64,000 nucleotides of DNA from Acidimicrobiia bacterium. GTDB lineage: Bacteria > Acidobacteriota > Vicinamibacteria > Vicinamibacterales > CAVVIG01. Under the pieces are notes generated by a model. The model did not search any database. It was not told the origin of the DNA and saw only the letters and a program-made list of their open reading frames with translations. The stretch spans positions 25,032-89,031 of the forward strand of contig VFZL01000014.1 of assembly GCA_016871175.1 (NCBI GenBank), given 5' to 3'. Below are positions 56,475 to 64,000 of the stretch, in pieces. Made by a program: the position numbers and the translations under genes. How positions within the stretch are numbered: position 1 is the stretch's first letter; every line of letters begins with the position of its first letter.

Positions 56475-56683
56475 TACGTTGCTTCTCGGTCCGGCGCGCG
56501 CAACCCGCGCGTCGGACCGCTTTCCCTCGTCTCGTTCTTCCTGACATCGCCGTCTCTTCGTTGCGGGCGCTCGCCTACGCGCAGCCGCCCGCGTCTTCTT
56601 GTGCTGACAGGTGCCCGAAGCTGTTGGAGAACCGCCGGTCTGCCCGGTATACTGAAAGGCCGTTGTTCCCTGGAGAGTGTGCG

Positions 56684-59020
56684 TTGACGGTGTGTGCGCG
56701 CGCAGGCATTGTCGCCACGGCGTTGGCGATTGGCGTGGCCAGCGCGGCCTCGGCGGGACAGGCTCGCGGCGGCGGCTCGGGGGGCGGGGGCGGGGGCGGG
56801 GGAGAGCAAGGCCCCCGAGGCACCGTGCCGAGCGCCACGACCAAGCGCATGACCGGGACGCGCGTCACCGAATCGCCCGTGATCGACGGCCTGATGGACG
56901 ATGCGGTATGGCAGCGCGCGACCCCCATCACGGAGTTCACGCAGGCGGAGCCCTTCGAGGGGACGCCGGCGACTGAGAACACCGAGGTCCGACTCCTCTA
57001 CGACGACCGCGCCATCTACATCGGGATCATCTGCTTCGATTCGGACCCGTCGCAGATCGTGACCACCGACGCGCGTCGTGACTCGAGCTTGAACGACTCC
57101 GATTCGGTGCAGATCATCTTCGACACCTATCACGATCGGCAGAATGGCTTCATCTTCGGCACCAACCCAGCCGGAATGGAGTACGACGCGCAGGTGCGCA
57201 GCGAAGGCGAGACACAATCGAGTGGTCCACCGACGCTGGGCCGTGTCGGTGGTGGATCCGGCGGCGGGATGAACGTGAACTGGGATGGTGTCTGGACGGT
57301 CAAGTCGCAGATCACCGACAAGGGTTGGTCGACGGAGTTCCAGATTCCGTTGCGGACGCTTCGCTACGGTTCGGCGCCGCAGACATGGGGCGTCAACTTC
57401 TCGCGCAATATTCGACGCAAGCGCGAGCAGGTGTATTGGTCGCCCATCTCACGCGCGTTCAACATCACCCGGCTTTCGGCGGCTGGTGAGGTCACCAACC
57501 TCGAGCTGAAGACGCCGATGAACCTCAAGGTGATGCCGTACGCGATCAATACGTCCAACCGGAACTTCACGCCTGGCGCGCGCCTCGATAACAACTCCGA
57601 TTGGGGCGTCGACGCGAAGGTCGGCGTGACGTCGAGCATGAACCTGGACCTGACCTACAACACCGACTTCGCGCAGGTGGAGGTCGACGAGCAGCAGATC
57701 AACCTCACGCGGTTCAACCTGCTGTTCCCCGAGAAGCGGCCCTTCTTCCTCGAGAACCGCGGGTTGTTCGCGGTCGGCCGTGGCGGCGATGTGGATCTGT
57801 TCTTCAGCCGGACGATCGGAATCAGCAACGGCGTGTTCACGCCGATTGCCGGCGGCGCTCGTCTGACGGGGCGAACGCACGGGTTTAACGTTGGCATCAT
57901 CGACATGCAGAGCGAAGCGGTTGGCGATCCCTCTCGGCCGTCGACGTACGCGCCATCGAACAACTTCTTCGCTGGCCGATTGCAGAAGGAGCTGTCGAGC
58001 CGCTCGAACGTTGGCGTCATGTTCGTCAATCGCCAGGCGACCGGGACAGGCCCGGGTTCCGATGGGTGGAACCGCACGTGGGGTGCCGACGGACGCTGGG
58101 GCGTGAATCAGAACCTGACCGTGAACGGATTCGTCGCCCGGACCGAGACGCCTGGCGCGACGGGTCCAGAGCACGCGTACAACGGTGGCCTCGAGTACCG
58201 CGACCGGGCCAACCGCGCCTACTTCGACTACACCGAGGTTGGTGCCGACTTCAATCCCGAGGTCGGGTTCCTCGAGCGCCCGGATGCCTATCGGCAAGTC
58301 AGTACCGGCTACTTCAAGAACCTGCGGCGTCCTTGGCTGCTGAAGACGCTGAAACTGCGGGAGTATCGACCCCACCTGACCTACGAGGGCTACTGGGGAT
58401 TCGACGGTGTGAACGAAACCGGGTTCCTGCACTTCGATCACGCGCTGGACTTCGAAAGCGGCAACTTCATCAGTCCCGGTATGAACGTCCAACGCGAGAC
58501 GCTGAGGGTGCCGTTTGCCGTCTACAACCCGCCAGGTCGACGATCGGAGTGGATCGTCGTGCCACCTGGCGACTACACGACGCCGTATTTCTTCCTGCAG
58601 TCGAACACGGATCGCAAGCGGCTCATCTCCGGTGGCCTCGCGTGGAACATCGGTGGTTTCCTGTCCGGCCAGCAGAACGCGCAGGCGCCGACAGTGACCG
58701 TCCGCAACCCATCTGGCAGCTTCACGTCTACGTTTCGCTGGACGCGCAGTGACATCAGTTTGCCTGAGGGTAACTTCGTGACCAACGTCGGGTCGCTGCG
58801 CATGACCTACAACTTCACGCCGCGGATCAATGTTCAGGGGCTCCTCCAATACAATGACGTGACCGGTCGCTGGTCCAGTAACATTCGGTTCAATCTCCAG
58901 CAGACCGCTGCGACCGGTCTCTACATGGTCTACAACGACACCGAGGCGTTCAACGGACTCGGTCCGATCAATCGCGCGTTCATCATCAAGTACGTGCACA
59001 TGTGGGACGTGTTCCAATAG
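56684..59020 (+). CDS. CBM9-like / DUF5916 family large secreted or outer-membrane protein
   Basis: Start TTG 56684 or GTG 56690. Signal peptide, then a poly-Gly linker (GGGSGGGGGGGGE), then VIDGLMDDAVWQRATPITEFTQAEPFEG...VQIIFDTYHDRQNGFIFGTNP. Confidence 0.8.
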   Translation: MTVCARAGIVATALAIGVASAASAGQARGGGSGGGGGGGGEQGPRGTVPSATTKRMTGTRVTESPVIDGLMDDAVWQRATPITEFTQAEPFEGTPATENTEVRLLYDDRAIYIGIICFDSDPSQIVTTDARRDSSLNDSDSVQIIFDTYHDRQNGFIFGTNPAGMEYDAQVRSEGETQSSGPPTLGRVGGGSGGGMNVNWDGVWTVKSQITDKGWSTEFQIPLRTLRYGSAPQTWGVNFSRNIRRKREQVYWSPISRAFNITRLSAAGEVTNLELKTPMNLKVMPYAINTSNRNFTPGARLDNNSDWGVDAKVGVTSSMNLDLTYNTDFAQVEVDEQQINLTRFNLLFPEKRPFFLENRGLFAVGRGGDVDLFFSRTIGISNGVFTPIAGGARLTGRTHGFNVGIIDMQSEAVGDPSRPSTYAPSNNFFAGRLQKELSSRSNVGVMFVNRQATGTGPGSDGWNRTWGADGRWGVNQNLTVNGFVARTETPGATGPEHAYNGGLEYRDRANRAYFDYTEVGADFNPEVGFLERPDAYRQVSTGYFKNLRRPWLLKTLKLREYRPHLTYEGYWGFDGVNETGFLHFDHALDFESGNFISPGMNVQRETLRVPFAVYNPPGRRSEWIVVPPGDYTTPYFFLQSNTDRKRLISGGLAWNIGGFLSGQQNAQAPTVTVRNPSGSFTSTFRWTRSDISLPEGNFVTNVGSLRMTYNFTPRINVQGLLQYNDVTGRWSSNIRFNLQQTAATGLYMVYNDTEAFNGLGPINRAFIIKYVHMWDVFQ

Positions 59021-59032
59021 CGTGCGACGCGT

Positions 59033-59326
59033 GTGTATCGCAGGGATCCGATCGCGTTCCTCTCGATTGAGCCGCGATCGGTTTCATCGCTCGCGTGGCA
59101 GATGGGGCTGCCTCGAGGCGATATGGAGGAAGACCTGCGGCACGCTCTATGGTCCGCGCGTGCCGCTGGCCACCAGGTCACCATCCTTCCTGCGCAGTGC
59201 CGCACGTGCGGCTTCGCCTTCGGAGAGGATCGACTCGCCAAGCCGGGGAAGTGCCCGCAGTGCAGAGGCACGCGAATCCTGGAGGCACAGATAGCGCTGA
59301 CGTCTTCCAGTAGTTCTGAGTGTTGA
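59033..59326 (+). CDS. small HTH plus Zn-ribbon transcriptional regulator (COG3357-like)
   Basis: ...SVSSLAWQMGLPRGDMEEDLRHALWSARAAGHQVTILPAQCRTCGFAFGEDRLAKPGKCPQCRGTRILEAQI, with a CxxC...CxxC ribbon after a winged-helix-like segment. Confidence 0.6.
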   Translation: MYRRDPIAFLSIEPRSVSSLAWQMGLPRGDMEEDLRHALWSARAAGHQVTILPAQCRTCGFAFGEDRLAKPGKCPQCRGTRILEAQIALTSSSSSEC

Positions 59327-59504
59327 GTGTTGAGGCACTCCAGCATGCATGGCACGGGTTTGTGCGAGGCTGGTCGCAGCTCGGGCAGGTGCCCCGTCTG
59401 CAGATTACGCTGGTAGTGCGCGGCATGTTGCCGTAACCTCGATCGAGACGGTGGTGCCTGTAAGGGTTCCGCCCGAGGATGTAATCGCTGCGAGGAGAGC
59501 ACCG

Positions 59505-60602
59505 ATGAGACATGCGCTTGCGACCGCACTGTTGACGCTCGCGGTCAATGCGTACGCACAAGCAGCCGGCACTGCCAAGCCCGTGCAGACGGGAACGGCG
59601 GCCGCAGCCAAAGCCGCCGCGCCGACCACGCCGACGAGAACGGCGGGGGGCGTGCCGCGGACGCCGTGGGGTCACCCCGATCTGCAAGGCGTCTGGGACT
59701 ACTGGACGTTCACGCCGCTCGAGCGGCCCGCCGAGTACAAAGACAAGCCGATCCTGAGCGACGTCGAGCACGCGGCGCTGATCAAGCGGCTCAACGGACA
59801 GGCCGCCGCGCTCGATTCACGAGCGCCCGCTCAGGGCGATCCGGGCGGGTACAGCCAGGAGGTATGGACTGAGCGCGCACGGCCGACCGCGCTCAAGCAA
59901 ACGTCCATCCTCATCGAACCGGAGGACGGCAAGGTTCCGCCGATGACGCCTCAGGCGCAACAGAAGGATGCCGTCGAGAAGGCCAGCGGAAGGCAGCCGG
60001 TTCGCATGCGGAGCGACGGTGTGGCGGATGACAATCCCGAGGATCGCGGTCTATCCGAGAGGTGTCTCCTGGGATTCAGCACCGGCCCGCCGTTCCAGCC
60101 CGGTGGCTACAACAACAACGTCCAGATCGTGCAGACGAAGGACTACGTACTGCTGCACCTCGAGATGAACCACGACGCGCGGATCGTACCGCTCGACAAC
60201 CGTCCGCATCTGCCCGGGCACGTCAAGACGTGGCTGGGCGACTCGCGCGCTCGATGGGAAGGCGACACGCTCGTCGTCGAGAGCACGAACTTCACGCCGA
60301 AGATGGCGGCGTTCAGCGCCCGGCGTGGAGCCGGCGGCTATGAGTTTGGATCAGCCGAGAATGTGAAGCTCATCGAACGCTTCCGTCGCGTTGACGCCAA
60401 AACGCTCGAGTACGAGTTCACGGTCAACGATCCGACGACGTTCACCAGGCCGTTCACGGGTCGGATTCCGATGAGCCTCAGTGCCGAGCCGATCTACGAG
60501 TACGCCTGTCACGAAGGCAACTACGGTCTATTGAACATCTTGCGTGGCGGACGGGCGGAGGACGCGCGCAAGGCGCAGTCCGGTGGAGGGCCTGCTCGCT
60601 AG
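59505..60602 (+). CDS. conserved secreted hypothetical protein (YEYACHEGNY-motif family), paralog B
   Basis: Start MRHALATALLTLAVNAYAQA (ATG 59505). It shares WG.PDL.GVWD, TPLERPAE, SERCL.GF, PGGYN.N.QI, ARIVPLD.RP.LP, WEGDTL..E.TNF and YEYACHEGNY blocks with 39735..40745. Confidence 0.65.
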   Translation: MRHALATALLTLAVNAYAQAAGTAKPVQTGTAAAAKAAAPTTPTRTAGGVPRTPWGHPDLQGVWDYWTFTPLERPAEYKDKPILSDVEHAALIKRLNGQAAALDSRAPAQGDPGGYSQEVWTERARPTALKQTSILIEPEDGKVPPMTPQAQQKDAVEKASGRQPVRMRSDGVADDNPEDRGLSERCLLGFSTGPPFQPGGYNNNVQIVQTKDYVLLHLEMNHDARIVPLDNRPHLPGHVKTWLGDSRARWEGDTLVVESTNFTPKMAAFSARRGAGGYEFGSAENVKLIERFRRVDAKTLEYEFTVNDPTTFTRPFTGRIPMSLSAEPIYEYACHEGNYGLLNILRGGRAEDARKAQSGGGPAR

Positions 60603-60604
60603 CG

Positions 60605-62344
60605 TCAGCGCACGCGGGCGGGTGTCGTCGGGAGGAGCCCCTGTTCGACAAGGACTGGTGGCCTTCTGAGTCTCGTCGCCTGTTCCCACGCGTACGCGAT
60701 GGTGAGTAAGTCGCCGTCTTTCCATGGGTGTCCCGAGAACTCGAGCCCAAAGGGCAGTCCGCTCGCGTAGAAGCCTGCCGGGACCACGATGGCCGGGACG
60801 CCAAGCATGTTCACCCAACTCGTGGCCGAGTGTGGACCCTCGCTCAGGCGCCCATCCTGCGGCATCGTCTCGTCGGGCGGCGGCATCTGGATGGCGGGGT
60901 AGACATAGCCGTCGAGCTTCAGACGATCGAGGGGCTCCTGGTAGGCCGCGAGGGCCGCGCGCCGCGGCGCATGGTAGTCACGTTCGGCGGCAGGGTCGGT
61001 GTCGAACGATCGCTGCTCGATCTCGAGGCCCCCGAGCCGTCTGAACGCCCCCTCCGAGCCGATCGAGGACGCGAAGAGCGGGACGCCCACGGCTTTGCGG
61101 TACGCTTCTGCGGATTGATACGCTGGCGGGCCGAACCTCGCCAAGAAGCGATCGGTCCCATCCCTCACATAGGCGTACGTCGCGATGCGCGTTGCGGCCC
61201 GTGCGAACTCCACGGGGAGGATCGCGTCGTCGCTCACCACGTCCGCGCCGGTCGCACGCAGCATCTCGACGGCCTTCATGAACATGTCGCGCGTGTCGCG
61301 GTTAAGCGACACATGTGCAGCCTGGCGGAGTCGGTCGGCCACTTCGGGAGGCACCGCCGACGGGATGCCGTGGAAATAGGTGCCCTCGCCAGCCAGGATG
61401 AACGGGGGTACGCCGAAGCGACGGCCCTTCAGAGTGGCCGCTTTCAGGTATCGCTCGTAAGGGGGCCTCTGCGCGGCGGGCGGGATGTCGCGCGTGCGCG
61501 CATCGAGCGCGTCTTCGCCGGCCATGACCGACAGCGCGACGGCCGCATCGGTGACGGTGCGCGCGATCGGGCCCGTATTGTCCAGAAGCCAATCCAACGG
61601 CACGATGCCCGCGATGCTCACGAGTCCTCGCGTCGGGAAGACACCGACGAGCGCGCTCGTCGCCGCGGGCATGCGGATGGAGTTGCCCGTGTCCGTGCCG
61701 TTACCGAGTACCCCGAAGTTGGCCGCTACGGCGGTCGCGGAGCCCCCCGACGAGCCTCCGGGCGAGAACCGCACGTCGTAGGCGTTGCCCGTGCGACCGA
61801 ACGAGGAACTGCGGTTCGTGTCGCTTGCGGCGAGGTCAGGCATGTTGGTGTGACCCAGAATCACCGCGCCGGCCGACCTGAGCTTCGTGACGATGGTCGC
61901 GTCCTCGGGCGCGACGAGCTCGTAGCTCGGGCGTGTGAAGCCGGACCAGCCCGCGGTCGTGACGTAGCCTCTGACGCTGGTATTCGCCTTGACGACGATC
62001 GGCACGCCCCAGAGCGGCCCTCGACTCGTGGCCGTGCCGCCTTTGAAGGCATCTGCATCCAACCTGACCGCGAGCGCGACCGCGTCATCGCGGAACACGG
62101 TCTCGACCGCGCCGTACACGCCGTTGTAGCGGTCGATTCGGTCGAGGTGCCACCTGACCACTTGCGTGACGGTGTAGGTCTTCTGATCGTAGAAGCGGTG
62201 AAGCCGCTCGACCGTCACGTCGAGCAGATCGCGGTCTACCTGCCTGACCGCCGACCCCGACACGGCCGGCGGTGGCAACGGCGTGCGGCAGGCGAACGTG
62301 AGTGCGATGACGACGAAAAGGGTCGCGCAGCGGCGCCGGGGCAT
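60605..62344 (-). CDS. amidase-signature family amidase
   Basis: GPLWGVPIVVKAN...GGSSGGSATAVAANFGVLGNGTDTGNSIRMPAA. Confidence 0.9.
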   Translation of the reverse strand: MPRRRCATLFVVIALTFACRTPLPPPAVSGSAVRQVDRDLLDVTVERLHRFYDQKTYTVTQVVRWHLDRIDRYNGVYGAVETVFRDDAVALAVRLDADAFKGGTATSRGPLWGVPIVVKANTSVRGYVTTAGWSGFTRPSYELVAPEDATIVTKLRSAGAVILGHTNMPDLAASDTNRSSSFGRTGNAYDVRFSPGGSSGGSATAVAANFGVLGNGTDTGNSIRMPAATSALVGVFPTRGLVSIAGIVPLDWLLDNTGPIARTVTDAAVALSVMAGEDALDARTRDIPPAAQRPPYERYLKAATLKGRRFGVPPFILAGEGTYFHGIPSAVPPEVADRLRQAAHVSLNRDTRDMFMKAVEMLRATGADVVSDDAILPVEFARAATRIATYAYVRDGTDRFLARFGPPAYQSAEAYRKAVGVPLFASSIGSEGAFRRLGGLEIEQRSFDTDPAAERDYHAPRRAALAAYQEPLDRLKLDGYVYPAIQMPPPDETMPQDGRLSEGPHSATSWVNMLGVPAIVVPAGFYASGLPFGLEFSGHPWKDGDLLTIAYAWEQATRLRRPPVLVEQGLLPTTPARVR

Positions 62345-62434
62345 GGCGCCATTGTGACCCAGGCGCAGGCGGTTCGGACGCTTCGGTTGAGTCCCCCGTG
62401 GCGCCGGCGTGAATGTGCGTGAGATTCGGACCCT

Positions 62435-63712
62435 CTAGCGGCGATAGCTGATGCGATAGATCGCGTGAGCGCGATCGTCTGAGACGAGCAGCGAACCGTC
62501 AGGCAACTCGAGGATGTCCACCGGCCGTCCCCAAGCCTGACGACCCTGTTCCAACCAGCCCTGCGCGAAGACGTCGTACCCGACGACCTGTGACCCGCTG
62601 ACCTTCGCCACCATGATTCGATAGCCCGTATGCCCGCTGGCGGGTGTGCGATTCCACGATCCGTGCTGAGCGATGAAGAGCTGCTTCCGGTACTCGGACG
62701 GGAACATCGCGCCTTGGTAGAAGGCGAGACCGAGCGGCGCGACGTGTGGCCCCATCTTCTGCGCGGGGCCTTGGAACTCTCCACACGACCGGTTCTTGCC
62801 GAACTCGGGGTCAGCGATCGTTCCTTCGTGGCAGTGCGGGTATCCGAAGTGTAGGCCGGCCTTCGGCGCGACGTTCAGCTCGTCATTCGGTTGATCATCG
62901 CCCAGCATGTCGCGACCGTTGTCCGTGAACCAGAGCGCCCCGGTGTCTGGATGCCACGTGAAGCCGACCGAGTTGCGGATGCCACGTGCGAACGTCTCGA
63001 GACCCGTACCGTCGGGTCGCACGCGGAGGATGCTGGCGAACGGCTGCTCGCGATCGCAGATGTTGCAGGGTGCGCCCACGGGCACGTACAGGTAGCCGTC
63101 AGGTCCCATCCGCAGATACTTCCATCCGTGATGGCGCTCGGACGGCAGCCTGTCAAACACGACCGTTGGTGTCAGCGGCGCCATCGCCGGCTTGACCGAC
63201 GCCAGCACGTTGTCGAACCGAAGGATCCGATTGACCTCGGCTACGTATAACGTCCCATCCTCGAACGCGACCCCATTGGGCATCGTCAGGCCGGAGGCGA
63301 TGGTAATCACCGAATCCGCGCGCTGATCGTTGTTCCGATCGGCCAGGGCGTAGACGTTGCCTGCCTGCCACGTGCCCACGAAGACCGTGCCGTCGGACGC
63401 CAGGGTCATCGTCCGTGGACCACGAACGTTCTCGGCCCAAATCGCGACCGAGAAGCCAGGCGGCAGCTTGAGCTTCTCGGGTTGCGGCTTTGCGCCCTCG
63501 GGCGGAAGGGGGGCGCCAAGCCCATCAGTCCCTTGCGCGACGTTCGGCGGAGCGCCCTGAGCCGCGAGCCCTCGTGAGTCGACCAGGACGGCGATCGACC
63601 ACGCGCAGATTGCCGCAGCGATCGCGCCGCATACGGTCCACGTTTTGTAAAGAGTTCTTTGGTTCCGAGTCACATTCAGCCCCGTTTGAAACCGCCCGAG
63701 CTCGCAGCTCAT
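62435..63712 (-). CDS. PQQ-dependent sugar (glucose/sorbosone) dehydrogenase family protein
   Basis: PGFSVAIWAENVRGPRTMTLASDGTVFVG...LHFGYPHCHEG...GRPVDILELPDGSLLVSDD. ATG 63712 avoids overlap with the upstream gene. Confidence 0.8.
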   Translation of the reverse strand: MSCELGRFQTGLNVTRNQRTLYKTWTVCGAIAAAICAWSIAVLVDSRGLAAQGAPPNVAQGTDGLGAPLPPEGAKPQPEKLKLPPGFSVAIWAENVRGPRTMTLASDGTVFVGTWQAGNVYALADRNNDQRADSVITIASGLTMPNGVAFEDGTLYVAEVNRILRFDNVLASVKPAMAPLTPTVVFDRLPSERHHGWKYLRMGPDGYLYVPVGAPCNICDREQPFASILRVRPDGTGLETFARGIRNSVGFTWHPDTGALWFTDNGRDMLGDDQPNDELNVAPKAGLHFGYPHCHEGTIADPEFGKNRSCGEFQGPAQKMGPHVAPLGLAFYQGAMFPSEYRKQLFIAQHGSWNRTPASGHTGYRIMVAKVSGSQVVGYDVFAQGWLEQGRQAWGRPVDILELPDGSLLVSDDRAHAIYRISYRR

Positions 63713-63740
63713 GTTGCCAGCTTGAGAGCCGGCACTCCGG

Positions 63741-64000
63741 TCAGTAGAACAACAGATACGCAATCACAGCACCAACGACAGCCATCGACAAGCCCCAAGC
63801 GAGGAGCTTATTGAAGAGCTGACGGCTTTCCTCAGCGCTCGCCCCGGCGACACACAGCGCACCGATGGTCGAGAGCGGTGACACATCGACGAGGTGCCCG
63901 CCGATATTCATCGCCGCCGCGATGGCCACCGGATTGGCGCCGACGAGCTGAGCCGCCAGGCCCGGTACCATCGGCAAGAAGGCCGGCAGGACGACCCCGG
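63741..64000 (-). CDS. ion-transporter-superfamily permease, C-terminal end (5' part beyond the right edge)
   Basis: The frame is open to the window edge. ...VVLPAFLPMVPGLAAQLVGANPVAIAAAMNIGGHLVDVSPLSTIGALCVAG...AVVGAVIAYLLFY*. The family assignment is tentative. Confidence 0.5.
   Translation of the reverse strand, partial: GVVLPAFLPMVPGLAAQLVGANPVAIAAAMNIGGHLVDVSPLSTIGALCVAGASAEESRQLFNKLLAWGLSMAVVGAVIAYLLFY

Overview
GC-rich bacterial chromosomal segment (roughly two-thirds G+C by eye, so the six-frame track is full of antisense shadow ORFs). I support about 55 protein-coding loci. I saw no rRNA, tRNA, CRISPR array, integrase or transposase. The gene content includes a carboxypeptidase-regulatory-like TonB receptor, a PEGA protein, a DUF1592/DUF1552 pair, PD40/NHL/PQQ beta-propellers and HAF repeats. 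This suggests a soil Acidobacteriota/Gemmatimonadota-like organism, but that is inference only. Most of the window is ordinary metabolism and envelope genes in tightly packed operons, many with ATGA stop/start overlaps. Three things stand out. (1) An accessory island at about 32.9-38.8 kb holds a decayed diversity-generating-retroelement (DGR)-like module. It consists of a reverse-transcriptase C-terminal fragment, an oppositely oriented Avd-like four-helix-bundle gene, and a roughly 35-nt repeat resembling a template-repeat 3' end. The RT fragment is translationally coupled to a DUF4062-like/NACHT/FGE-sulfatase (NLR-like) gene. The C-terminal tail of that gene looks like a DGR variable region, and the gene carries two in-frame stops and a frameshift. 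A DUF2971 gene lies next to it. (2) A C5-dicarboxylate (itaconate/mesaconate/methylsuccinate-type) CoA-dependent catabolic cluster lies at 21.7-28.7 kb, with divergent start codons that almost abut. (3) Seven otherwise well-conserved loci are disrupted by in-frame TAG/TGA codons, single-nucleotide-type frameshifts or truncations. I cannot tell real pseudogenisation from assembly error using sequence alone.
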